From assembly GCA_029838195.1 (NCBI GenBank), contig JALGVJ010000007.1, forward strand, positions 1-64,000: a stretch of DNA of 64,000 bases, in the 5' to 3' direction. A program made the translations under genes and the position numbers. Shown here piece by piece: positions 19,763 to 29,721 of the stretch (its first letter is position 1; each line of letters starts with the position of its first letter). The notes under the pieces are model-generated. The model was not told the origin of the DNA. It saw nothing but the letters and a program-made list of their open reading frames with translations, and did no database searches. The DNA comes from Promethearchaeota archaeon (GTDB lineage: Archaea > Asgardarchaeota > Lokiarchaeia > Sigyniarchaeales > SOKP01).

Positions 19763-21787
19763 TCATTCAAAAAATTTGCTTTCATTTTCATTTTCCTCTT
19801 TCTTCTCTTCATTTTCTTGTATATTTTTTTGTTTTTTTGCTTTATTGAGGTATGGGTCAAGTGTAAATTGTTTTAGTAGAGTTAATACTGGAGATGCATT
19901 GCTAATTGAGCGTTCTCTTAAGAATTGTTCGAACATGCCATTTTCAAAAATTTTTTGTAGAGAATTTACTTTTTTTCTTTCTAGATAAATTTTTCGCGAG
20001 AAATAGGGTTGAAGTAGTGTTTTTTTTAACAATGCACGTTTAGATAAGGCAATTTTTCCAGTATAAAAAAGGATCATCGTGTAGAAAATGAAGGTCATGA
20101 GCCCTCCAAGAATGATCATGGGTTTGAAAGGCATGTCCTCCAGCAGCAGTGTGAAAAGACATGAAAGTCCCATCATGAAAATAAACGGAGATATACATGA
20201 TGTGATTTTTAGATTACGATGTAAGGTTGCAAGATATTCTTTATTCATGGAGTTCACGGTTTCTTTTTCGAGGACATGTATAGCAATGAGTTTTTTTTCC
20301 AAATAATCAAGAAAAGATTTAAGGGAAGTAAGGTTTCCATTTAAAGAGTGAAAATACATGTTATATTTATGATTATAACAGTAAGTCATCTTGCTATTTG
20401 CGATTTTAACATTCGCATTAGTGAGATGTAAGGCAAACGGATATATCTTCACTTTTTTATTTTTATTTTTATTATTATTTGAATACAGTTGCATGGTAAT
20501 TTTATTGTATTTCAGGGGAAATCCCAGAGCACTGGAAAGTTTTTCAATATATTTTTTATCTCCTTTTAAGATTTTTTTATGTAAGTCAAGCTGTTGAGAA
20601 TAAAGGAAATTAAAATTGCATGAATTGAGATTGCCGGAGAAAGTGGAGGAATCTATTAGGCGAACAGAACGCAGTGATACTAAATAAGTAGTATTGTTCA
20701 TGCTTGTATCTTGTTCCAATGACACGTGTATTAGAGGAATTAGAATCATGTTATCATGATGCAAGGGTTTGGTCATTAACAATTGTATTTTACTTGAATC
20801 ACTTGAGTCTTCTTCAATGGAGGGTTCGAAAAGTACATAGTTCCTTTTTTTCAGCAGTTTTTCTATTTTTTTTAGTTTTTTTTCATGGGTTGAATTGGTT
20901 AAAGTGAGTTCTAAAACACCTTTTTTATTTTCTGCTTTTTGTTGTTTTCGTTGTTTTGGCTTTTTAAACTCTAATTCTTCTTGAGACTTAAAATCTTTTT
21001 CAATGTTTGGTTGAGGGGCTGTATCATGTATTGATTGTTCCTGAAAGAGGGATAGTGATGGTTTTATTGATGAAAGAGAGTTTTCTAATTTGGATATTTT
21101 ATTGCCGAAAGAGAGGTGTTTTTTTAATGTTTTAATTTTAGCGTATCTTTTTTTATTGCTCGGTTTTTTAATTAATTTAGAAGTAGGCATGCTAGAAGCG
21201 GATATCTCGGGTTTTTCTTGAAGAGAACTATCATCATCTTCCAGAAATTCTCCAATAGATTTTCGAATGGGGTCTATGGGAGAATTGGAAATGATGTCAG
21301 CTATTAAAGAATTTTCATTTATAATCGTGTTATTTTCTAAAAAATCGTTAGTAAAATTTTCATCCAATCCATTTTCTATTAATTCCATCTCTCTCTTTTC
21401 GTCAGTCGTATTTTCTTTGATTTCTTCAATGGTATCTCTTGAAAGATTCTCGATATCTGCTTCCGTTGTTAAAGATTCTTTCTTTTGATTTATTTTCAGG
21501 CTTTTTTCTTCATTTTTAAGCACTTTCTCTTCTCGATCTACATGCTGTTTTAGACCACGTCCTTGGATCACAGTAAGTAAATAGTTTTTAGCTTCATTAA
21601 TTAGTGAGACCGCCTTTTTTTCTCCTATACCTTTTATTGAGACGAGGAAATTTTTTTCAGCTTGAGCCAAGTCTTTAATGTCGAGAATTCCTGCTTGTTT
21701 CAAGGATTCTGCTGTTTTTTCCCCGATGGATTTTATTTGAGTTAATTTGAGGTCCTCATTTTGATCGATAAGTGGTTGAGTTATCAT
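19763..21787 (-). CDS. Helix-hairpin-helix DNA-binding protein with two C-terminal TM helices
   Basis: LTQIKSIGEKTAESL and LVSIKGIGEKKAVSLI HhH pair; long charged linker; 2 TM segments near the C-terminus. Confidence 0.8.
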   Translation of the reverse strand: MITQPLIDQNEDLKLTQIKSIGEKTAESLKQAGILDIKDLAQAEKNFLVSIKGIGEKKAVSLINEAKNYLLTVIQGRGLKQHVDREEKVLKNEEKSLKINQKKESLTTEADIENLSRDTIEEIKENTTDEKREMELIENGLDENFTNDFLENNTIINENSLIADIISNSPIDPIRKSIGEFLEDDDSSLQEKPEISASSMPTSKLIKKPSNKKRYAKIKTLKKHLSFGNKISKLENSLSSIKPSLSLFQEQSIHDTAPQPNIEKDFKSQEELEFKKPKQRKQQKAENKKGVLELTLTNSTHEKKLKKIEKLLKKRNYVLFEPSIEEDSSDSSKIQLLMTKPLHHDNMILIPLIHVSLEQDTSMNNTTYLVSLRSVRLIDSSTFSGNLNSCNFNFLYSQQLDLHKKILKGDKKYIEKLSSALGFPLKYNKITMQLYSNNNKNKNKKVKIYPFALHLTNANVKIANSKMTYCYNHKYNMYFHSLNGNLTSLKSFLDYLEKKLIAIHVLEKETVNSMNKEYLATLHRNLKITSCISPFIFMMGLSCLFTLLLEDMPFKPMIILGGLMTFIFYTMILFYTGKIALSKRALLKKTLLQPYFSRKIYLERKKVNSLQKIFENGMFEQFLRERSISNASPVLTLLKQFTLDPYLNKAKKQKNIQENEEKKEENENESKFFE

Positions 21788-21835
21788 GTTAAAATACTAC
21801 TTTTCATGAAAGTATTTAAATAAAAAGATAGGGTT

Positions 21836-21914
21836 GGGACTTGTTTCGAACTAAAAATGGATTTTTTCTTTAAATTTAAATAAAAAATGAGGAAAGAAAA
21901 AATCCAAAAGTCCC
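21836..21914. repeat. Nested inverted repeat: tggattttttcttt/aaagaaaaaatcca (14 bp) inside gggactt/aagtccc
   Basis: Arms at 21858-21871 and 21893-21906; outer arms at 21836-21842 and 21908-21914. Confidence 0.6.
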
Positions 21915-21980
21915 TTCAGTCTCAATTCTTGTCATTTTGAAATTAGCAATAAAACTGTGATAATTAGCTAGTTTTTATCC

Positions 21981-22283
21981 TTATTGATATCCCCTGGAAA
22001 GAGTAGGGTCGCGTTCAAAAAAATTGAACATGTAATTATTTAATGAAAAGGATACGATCATGCCACCAATTATTAATAAAATAACACCGATTACCATAGT
22101 TTTTATACCTTTTGAACCGCTTCCACATATCACCGTTAATAGACCCCAAATGATTATGAATGTTCCAGCAAGTATTAATAGATTACTAATTATTTGAAAA
22201 ATTTGATCCGTAATAGTTCCAAGAGAGAAACTTACTCTTATTAGATATGTTATACCCATTAATATTTTATTTTTATATTCCAT
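21981..22283 (-). CDS. Small 2-TM membrane protein (pilin/VirB2-like)
   Basis: LILAGTFIIIWGL...GSKGIKTMVIGVILLIIG; apparent paralogue of the 22376 ORF. Confidence 0.7.
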   Translation of the reverse strand: MEYKNKILMGITYLIRVSFSLGTITDQIFQIISNLLILAGTFIIIWGLLTVICGSGSKGIKTMVIGVILLIIGGMIVSFSLNNYMFNFFERDPTLSRGYQ

Positions 22284-22375
22284 TTTCTCACTTTTTTTTC
22301 TAAAAATTTTATTAAAAAATTTCTTGAGATCATTATTTTGTTTTTCCTTATAAAGAAAAATTTTTAAAAAAAAAT

Positions 22376-22699
22376 TTAAGAAAGATTAAAGAAGATATGA
22401 AGAAACAAGAAATAACGAAACATTGAGCCTAATAATAGGATGAGAAAGCCCTTAATTAAGGTTTTCAAACCTTTTAAACCACGTTCACCTTTTAGCGAAA
22501 TAAGGCCCCAAACAATCGAGAGCAAACCAATAATTAGTAACATATTACCAATCTCCACAAAAATCCTGTTTATCAAGAATTCCGCGGAAAATCTTATTTG
22601 AGAGCGCCATGTTGTTCCGAAAAAAGGATATATCACGAATAAGAACAATAATATGAATAAAATCATATATTGCATGAAACTTAACCTTCTATTTTTCAT
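22376..22699 (-). CDS. Small 3-TM membrane protein (pilin/VirB2-like C-terminal hairpin)
   Basis: GGAGG SD favours ATG 22699; LLIIGLLSIVWGL...GLKGLKTLIKGFLILLLG. Confidence 0.7.
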   Translation of the reverse strand: MKNRRLSFMQYMILFILLFLFVIYPFFGTTWRSQIRFSAEFLINRIFVEIGNMLLIIGLLSIVWGLISLKGERGLKGLKTLIKGFLILLLGSMFRYFLFLHIFFNLS

Positions 22700-22753
22700 T
22701 ACAATTCCTCCTTTTTCTTTTTTCAATGTAATTTACTTGTTAAATAACATTAT

Positions 22754-23047
22754 ATGAAGAACCTTAATAAAAGAAAAAAATTCAAAAATTCAAAATTGAA
22801 AAATTTGAAATTTATCAGTTTGAATTATGCGAGCCCTTTGATTCAAGTCTCTCGGCAATTCAAGAATCCTACCTTCCGATATCACCTCATTATCTGGGGA
22901 TATGCCTTAGTTTCCTTAATTCTCATTCTCATTGGAACGTACATGTACCAATTTTATTTCAGAGGATTTATTATTTTTATCGGGGTCATTTTAACCATGC
23001 TTTCTTTGCTTCTTCTTAATTTAAATAAACCTTATAACACCACATAA
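22754..23047 (+). CDS. Small 2-TM membrane protein
   Basis: Two hydrophobic segments in the C-terminal half; start uncertain. Confidence 0.5.
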   Translation: MKNLNKRKKFKNSKLKNLKFISLNYASPLIQVSRQFKNPTFRYHLIIWGYALVSLILILIGTYMYQFYFRGFIIFIGVILTMLSLLLLNLNKPYNTT

Positions 23048-23378
23048 AAATGAGCATTCATGAATATTTTTGAATTAGAAAAGGAGTTCACGAGAAATAT
23101 TGAATCTTTTCTCTTTTGTAATGAAAATTAGCATGAATTTTTTGGAAATCTATTAAATATTCATGGAAAATAAGGCTGTAATGGATTTGACATCTTTTGA
23201 TTAAGATGATATATCATGTACGATTTGTAATGGAAAAAAATTTTTTATTTTGAAAATTCAAATTTTTCTTTCTTTATTTTTTATTTAAATAGATTTATCT
23301 TATATGGGGATAAATATAATTTTTTATCGGAAATTTTCATGAAATTTAATTAAAATCAATGAATGAAGGAAATTTATC

Positions 23379-26300
23379 ATGGTATCGAAAAAGAAAAATA
23401 AAAATATAACTCCTGAAGATGTGATGAAATTTCTATTAGAAGCAAATAAGCCCGGTTCAGAATATCACCTATGGGACGTGAATCCCTCATATAGAGATTT
23501 TAATATGGGTATTACCATATTACGATTTGTCGTGGCAATAGCATTAATGTATTCTTTTTTATCTTTTCTTGGTAATTTAGATATTCCTTTTTACCTATTC
23601 ATCACGTGCTCATTGGGTATGACATTGCTTTTTTTATATGCGTTTAGTGCGGAATGGTTTTCGCTTAGAACCTTGTTCAGGCGACTGTTAAATAAAGAGA
23701 TTATATATAGGCCTTTCGAGGATTTGGTATTTTGGAAAGTAAAATCTCATGATGAGATGATTTTTTTTTCTAATAAACGAGAGCTCACGCACGTGGGAAT
23801 GGGCGTGTTCAGAACGGAGATCTTGCCTGAAAACGTGTCAGCATCATTTATATCTGTATTATCGACACTAGCAGGTAAAGCGATACGCATTCCTTTTACC
23901 TATCAAGTCATACAAGTGCCCAGACATTCTGTATTACGAGATCAAACCTTCCAATTGTTAAAAGAGGATGAGAAAAGTGCGAAAAAAACCACGCTCACGA
24001 GAGTTTTAATCAGCATTCCCGTAGGCTTAACCGGAGTTGTTTTCACCTCTTCACTTTTAGAAGATTTAACTAATGAATTAAATCGACGTCTTAATATTTT
24101 TAAAACTCTTGTATTTCAGTATTTTCATCATTATAAATTGACATTACTTGAAGGAGATGAATTGGTGTTTTCGTTGAGAATGTTTTTCTTGCCCGTTAAT
24201 CTTGAAGAGTCTCATGAAAAACAAAAAAATGAAATGAGAAATTTAACAAGATTTTTCACTAAATTCATTGAGCCCATCTTACGAAGCATGTTCTTTGTGC
24301 TCTTTTTCTTTCTTTGGTATTTAGGATTAGCGTTTTATGGCATTGAAGATTGGATCATTGATATCTCCATTGTTATTTTTTTTATTGCTATTTTATTTAC
24401 ATGGTGGAGAAGACCATTATTCTTGCTTACTTATCCCTTCCTAAGAAATCATCCAGAGATAGCGGTAATTAATCCATTTCATCGCATAAAATTTTATCAA
24501 TATCATAGATATCCCGACATGCTTTTCATTCAATTCGGTTCTAAAAAAATGGTCATGCGAATGATGAATTTGCGGAATTTATTATATCCTCATTACGTGA
24601 ACATGTCCAAATTTTTAAGAGCCATCATGGGACATGGAATACGTTTCAGCTACACTCTCATTAATTCACCCTTGAGCGTTAAAGATATCTCCAAAGAACT
24701 CAAGAAAAGTTCATTTTTAGCAAAAAATCCCTTATTATTTCAAAAACACATGAAGGAATATGAGAAAGAAAATTATCTGAGTCGTCATGGTGGATTTTAT
24801 CGCTCCATGCTATTGTTATCGGTTCAAATTCATATTGAAAAGCAGTATATATCGAAGGAAGATTTGGAATTCATTAATGAAGAAATGGAAAAACAAGCAA
24901 ATATTCTTTCTACAAGTTTTCTGACTTCTTCTTATTCACAGAATTTACGGGTTGAATTCTTGCGGTCCCAAAAATTAGTCATGGGAACAGCCGTTCAAAT
25001 GTTAAAAACCAAGATGATACGCACCTTCGGAACGTCCTTGATTTATCAAGTCATGCAGGGTACTGAACTGCAAGCGTTTTTTGACATGCCCGATGAATTG
25101 AAAAAAGCCGTTGCCACGAAAATAGGCTCGGAGTTTTTAACTCCTTTAGATTTAGAAAATTTCATTACAATCGGACATGCCATTGATTTGGAGCATCATG
25201 GCAAGCAAGTGCCCGCAGGTTTTACGGAAGAACAGTTGGATGCTTTGCTCATTAGTCATGGTACGGAAGAACAACGGCAAGCACTTCTCATGAACATTGT
25301 AAAAGAATTAGTGATTCGAGATCGTCCTTGCATTATTTTTGATTTTCATGGGGATTGGTCCAAGCTCATTCGTTATTTTGATCAATATCAAGTTCAAGAT
25401 GGGAATGGAGAATATAAGAATCCATTTAGAGATAAGTTTTCTTATTACGCTATTGGCATAAATTTCATTTTAAATTTATTTCATTCAGGAATAAAGAATG
25501 ATCCCAACAATGTTCATTATTTAGAGTATTTTTACAAGTCCTTTTGTCTTACATTTAAAAAATCTCCTGCTAATGCAACTTATCTTCGTAAAATCGTGGA
25601 AGAATCCCTTGATCGAGAGATATCTGCCAATGGTATTGCAATGGGAAATGATACTAGTTATTTGCAACCCAACTTTTTTTCGAGGAATGATAATTCTTCA
25701 GGGTCCATATTGGATCTATTGGACGAAATCAAAAATACCAGATGGCTACGATTTTCGGAATCAGAAGGGCAAGTATCCGAGGACTTAGATTTCCCTCTGA
25801 AAGAAGCTGTTGAATCGAAAAAAACCATCATCATTGATTTATCCCGTTTATACTTTTTGCGTTATCGAGTGTTTGCAATGTTCATGCTCTTTTCTAGATT
25901 CCTTCACTATTATCATTATCATAGACCATCGATTAAAAAATACTTCGTGCTCCCTAATGCGGATTATTTTTTTAATAAGAAATTCATAGAAAATATTTTT
26001 CATGATGATTACACCACCATTGATATGTTTATAAATCCGATAAAAAAGGCACGAATGGGTATTCTCTGTTCGGTTGCGGATATTTCTCGCGTTCACTCTC
26101 AATTCATTAATTATTTCTCTAATTTCGCTACTTTCCGGCTGCAAAATAATGAAAACTATTCTCTTGTGACCCATCTAATGAACATTGACACCACTCATCA
26201 GCGGGGCCTATTGAGCAAGACAAGACATGATTCGCTTCAGTTGTCATATTTGCGTGTGCTTCCCGAAGATCAAGTCATTATCAAGCGGAATGATAATGAT

Positions 26301-27299
26301 TATCCCTTTCCAGTAGAAATGGAGTGGAAAATAATTAAAGAAGTAAACCCTTTATCAGTGAACGAGCTTTCTAAATGGTTTGATATCCCTTCAAAAATGC
26401 AGCAAATTCGTGGTTCTCTAAAATCTACTCTATTTGAAAAAGATTTAGGAAAGTTTAAGGATTTTATTCCCGAAATTATTCAGTTTTTTGAAGCTATCAA
26501 ATCCATGGAACAAGTGGGCAATCTTTATGAAGCTACCTTGAAAGCATATCTTTTAGAGGTAATGAAAGAAAAAGCAATGAATCTTCCTAATATGACCAAT
26601 CGCCGCTTACAGCAACTTCGTGATGAATTATTCAAGATTTTAAAGGAGCATCAATATTTAGAGGAGCATTTTCCGCCTACCGCCGCAGGTTCTCAAACCA
26701 TTCGTCCCTCGTTTAAGATTGGAGAGCAGTATTATAAAGCTCTTGACGATTATCAATCGTATAAAATGGAATCTAAAACGTCTACAGAATTACATACTAA
26801 TACAAGCATGTCTAATGAACTTACTTTAGAAAAGGAAAAAGATACTCCGGAAAAGGAAAAAATCGAACAAAACTTTAGAGATTTTGAACGCAAGCTTGCA
26901 GAAAGTAGTGGAATGCTCTTATATCATTTATATAAAATGAGTAAATATTATAAGGAAGGAGAATACCAAAAGATTATTTCCATGGGACATGAGAGTTATC
27001 GTGATTTCATGAGTCGAGCAAGAAGCTTTTATCTTCAATATTTGGGCAATATTATAGGCATGAACTTGGAGGCATTCTTGAATACTTTTGCAAAATCTAT
27101 TGGTACATCTAGGAAAAAATTGGATGCGTTAAATGAATTACTATTACGGGAAAATGGACAATTCCGACAAGAATCTTTAGAAACTCGGGCGAAAAAAGTG
27201 TTTGATGCTTTAAATAAGATATATCATCAAATTAAAGACTTACCTCATATTTCATCACGTCATTCGGAACATCCAACAGAAAATAGAATTCAAAATTAA
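23379..27299 (+). CDS. Membrane VirB4/HerA-like protein with a duplicated N-terminal module and a degenerate ATPase domain
   Basis: Two (2TM + alpha/beta) modules; HerA-like ITIG, IIFDFHGDW, TIIIDLS, FATFRL; Walker A replaced by SHGTEEQR and Walker B by VLPNAD. Confidence 0.75.
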   Translation: MVSKKKNKNITPEDVMKFLLEANKPGSEYHLWDVNPSYRDFNMGITILRFVVAIALMYSFLSFLGNLDIPFYLFITCSLGMTLLFLYAFSAEWFSLRTLFRRLLNKEIIYRPFEDLVFWKVKSHDEMIFFSNKRELTHVGMGVFRTEILPENVSASFISVLSTLAGKAIRIPFTYQVIQVPRHSVLRDQTFQLLKEDEKSAKKTTLTRVLISIPVGLTGVVFTSSLLEDLTNELNRRLNIFKTLVFQYFHHYKLTLLEGDELVFSLRMFFLPVNLEESHEKQKNEMRNLTRFFTKFIEPILRSMFFVLFFFLWYLGLAFYGIEDWIIDISIVIFFIAILFTWWRRPLFLLTYPFLRNHPEIAVINPFHRIKFYQYHRYPDMLFIQFGSKKMVMRMMNLRNLLYPHYVNMSKFLRAIMGHGIRFSYTLINSPLSVKDISKELKKSSFLAKNPLLFQKHMKEYEKENYLSRHGGFYRSMLLLSVQIHIEKQYISKEDLEFINEEMEKQANILSTSFLTSSYSQNLRVEFLRSQKLVMGTAVQMLKTKMIRTFGTSLIYQVMQGTELQAFFDMPDELKKAVATKIGSEFLTPLDLENFITIGHAIDLEHHGKQVPAGFTEEQLDALLISHGTEEQRQALLMNIVKELVIRDRPCIIFDFHGDWSKLIRYFDQYQVQDGNGEYKNPFRDKFSYYAIGINFILNLFHSGIKNDPNNVHYLEYFYKSFCLTFKKSPANATYLRKIVEESLDREISANGIAMGNDTSYLQPNFFSRNDNSSGSILDLLDEIKNTRWLRFSESEGQVSEDLDFPLKEAVESKKTIIIDLSRLYFLRYRVFAMFMLFSRFLHYYHYHRPSIKKYFVLPNADYFFNKKFIENIFHDDYTTIDMFINPIKKARMGILCSVADISRVHSQFINYFSNFATFRLQNNENYSLVTHLMNIDTTHQRGLLSKTRHDSLQLSYLRVLPEDQVIIKRNDNDYPFPVEMEWKIIKEVNPLSVNELSKWFDIPSKMQQIRGSLKSTLFEKDLGKFKDFIPEIIQFFEAIKSMEQVGNLYEATLKAYLLEVMKEKAMNLPNMTNRRLQQLRDELFKILKEHQYLEEHFPPTAAGSQTIRPSFKIGEQYYKALDDYQSYKMESKTSTELHTNTSMSNELTLEKEKDTPEKEKIEQNFRDFERKLAESSGMLLYHLYKMSKYYKEGEYQKIISMGHESYRDFMSRARSFYLQYLGNIIGMNLEAFLNTFAKSIGTSRKKLDALNELLLRENGQFRQESLETRAKKVFDALNKIYHQIKDLPHISSRHSEHPTENRIQN

Positions 27300-27485
27300 T
27301 CCAAAATTAAGGTAAAATAGTTTTTTTTATTTTTTATATCTAAATACTATTTAATGGGATTATCACGCAAAAAATATACTTTTTCTAAAGCTATTTTATT
27401 AATTCTGAGGAAATCTTAAAATAGATGAAATTCTCTTGAAATATTAAAGTGTAAAAGAGAACAAAGTTCTCGTAATTTCAAGCAT

Positions 27486-27544
27486 ATTTTGAGTAATTTG
27501 TCTCAATTTTCTAACCGAATAAAATAATCATTATTATTAAACAA
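27486..27544 (+). repeat. 59-bp direct repeat, left copy
   Basis: attttgagtaatttgtctcaattttctaaccgaataaaataatcattattattaaacaa; 55/59 identical to 31618-31676. Confidence 0.9.
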
Positions 27545-27720
27545 AAAAGAGTGAAAATATTAAGATAAACATAGGCGATGTTCATGAACATGGCATAAAA
27601 GAGAGGGAGAATTTTAAGAGAAATCTTAAGATGAATCAATGATTACCCTTTTCTCAATTTCTTTAAATGCTATTAAATTATTATTTTTCTTAATCAATAA
27701 AAGTTGAAAATAGTATATTC

Positions 27721-29721
27721 TTATGGTCTTATATAATTCTCATCAGCTGGGAAAAGGGGTAAATATCCTTTTTCTTTAAATTCCTCAACTTTTTTCTTAA
27801 TTTCTTCAAATGCAATTAATCTATTATTAGCTATATCTATTCCCCAAAATTCTAATTCAAAATTTCTTTGATTGTGTTTTTTAAGAATGTGATTTTGTTT
27901 TTTAAGAATGTCATGATTTTTTAATTTTCCTTCAATTTCATGTAAATGATTTATTAACGTGATATTCTCTAGTACAATATTTAATCTCCTTATTGGTTGC
28001 CCTTCATATTTTTTAATAGTTTCATCAATTTTTTTTATAGGTAATATTCCTTGCCCAAATAAAGTTTCAATTTCAAATACTTCATTAGGAAATTTTTCAG
28101 CATTATTTTTAATGTAGATATCCGGAACGATTTCAGCCTCATTACCTAATTCATGTTCAACTTGCACGAATTTTCGCATTTCAGGTAAATCTTCCTTGTT
28201 CTTTAAACCTAAAGATTCTAAGAGGAATTTTACCGTAAAGAGTTTTAAATTATAGTGAACCTCCGATTCTTCATTGTTTCTTGATCTACTCGTAATCTCT
28301 ATAAAAGGTTCTACTTGAATTGATTGAAAATAATCTTCATATTTATTTAATGTAAAATTAAAGATGTCGTCAAAATTTATGTTGTCATTTAAATCAAAAT
28401 GATTTTTCAATTCAGTTTCCGATATATCTATAAAACCCCATAAAAGTGGACAAATTCTTATTTTTGCTTCAAAATCGTCCAGTAAGGCATTATTTGAGGA
28501 AAGGGAGATAATTTCTATTTTGTGTTCTCTTGGGAGATACTCGTCTGATATTAAGTCAAGATTCTTAAATATAATATATTCCAAATCCCGTGTATATGAT
28601 TCTTCCAACCAATTTCTAATCTGTTCCTTGTTTTCTTTTTTCAATTCCCGGCTATGTTGATAATCTATGGTTAATATTTTATTTTCTTCGTCAATTCGAT
28701 AGTTTATTAATTCGTTAATAAAAGTTTTAAAATTAGTATGTTTAATAGCAATTGGAAATCCCCCTTTAATTTCTCGATAGAATCTTTTTAATAATTCTTC
28801 CAATGTCCCTGTAAAAGCATCATTGTGATCTTTTAAATAAATTAATACGGGTTTATCTCTTAAGTTTTTAACAGGAATTCCTAAAATGGGTTCTTTTTTA
28901 AGCTCCTTTATTTCTTCATTATAAGTTCCACTTGAGTCTTCATTTCCTAAAGGTTTTCCTTCTAATGCGAGCTCATCTTTTGTGTCTTTAGTAGAACTTT
29001 CTAAAACGGTTTCTTTTTCATCCTCTCTAATTTTTCCATTACCAGTTCCACTTGAGTCTTCATTTCCTAAAGTTTTTCCTTCAAATTCTTTTTTTGGGAG
29101 ATGAGGAGGAGTATTATTGGGTCTTGTTTGAATCAATGGTAAATTCATAGTTAAATTTCTTATTTCATAATCGGTTGATTTTAAAGATTTAACTTCAATC
29201 AGGATTATTTCATTTTCTTCAAGAGGTCGAGTTTCTTTAATTTCAATTATTTTAGTGTTTAACTTGATTTTTTTCGTGTTAACATAAAGCGGTTTTGCTT
29301 CAATCGGGATTATTTCATTTTCTTCAAGAGGTCGAATTTTTTTAATTTCAATTATTTTAGTGTTTAACTTGATTTTTTTCGCGTTAACATAAAGTGGTTT
29401 TGTTTCAATAATCGGAATGGGAGATGTATAATTAATTTGAAATTGCTCATTGCCATTAGCTTTTAAATCTTTTTCTTCTCCCCACTGTTTTTTTGTTTTA
29501 GAATTCTTTATTTTTGCTTCATTAATTGGAAGGGGAGATGAATAATTAATTTGAAATTGCTCAACGCTATTAGCTTTTAAATCTTTTTCTTCAATCCGCT
29601 GTTTTTTTATTTTAGAATTCTTTACCTTTTCTTTTTTTTTTTCCTTCTTATTTACTTTTTTCGATTTTCTCTTTATTTTAGGTTTCTTTTTTATTTTATA
29701 ATTTAATTTTTTCAAGAACAT
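27721..29721 (-). CDS. Protein with a repeat-expanded N-terminus and a C-terminal PD-(D/E)XK-like nuclease
   Basis: ESEVHYNLK...VEHE...VPDIY...FEIETLFG motif set; abuts the upstream gene. Confidence 0.7.
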   Translation of the reverse strand: MFLKKLNYKIKKKPKIKRKSKKVNKKEKKKEKVKNSKIKKQRIEEKDLKANSVEQFQINYSSPLPINEAKIKNSKTKKQWGEEKDLKANGNEQFQINYTSPIPIIETKPLYVNAKKIKLNTKIIEIKKIRPLEENEIIPIEAKPLYVNTKKIKLNTKIIEIKETRPLEENEIILIEVKSLKSTDYEIRNLTMNLPLIQTRPNNTPPHLPKKEFEGKTLGNEDSSGTGNGKIREDEKETVLESSTKDTKDELALEGKPLGNEDSSGTYNEEIKELKKEPILGIPVKNLRDKPVLIYLKDHNDAFTGTLEELLKRFYREIKGGFPIAIKHTNFKTFINELINYRIDEENKILTIDYQHSRELKKENKEQIRNWLEESYTRDLEYIIFKNLDLISDEYLPREHKIEIISLSSNNALLDDFEAKIRICPLLWGFIDISETELKNHFDLNDNINFDDIFNFTLNKYEDYFQSIQVEPFIEITSRSRNNEESEVHYNLKLFTVKFLLESLGLKNKEDLPEMRKFVQVEHELGNEAEIVPDIYIKNNAEKFPNEVFEIETLFGQGILPIKKIDETIKKYEGQPIRRLNIVLENITLINHLHEIEGKLKNHDILKKQNHILKKHNQRNFELEFWGIDIANNRLIAFEEIKKKVEEFKEKGYLPLFPADENYIRP
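28920..29630 (-). repeat. Three different in-frame duplications in series (periods 114, 105 and 120 bp)
   Basis: attaatttgaaattgctc at 29431/29545; aagaggtcga at 29221/29326; gttccacttgagtc at 28925/29045. Confidence 0.85.
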
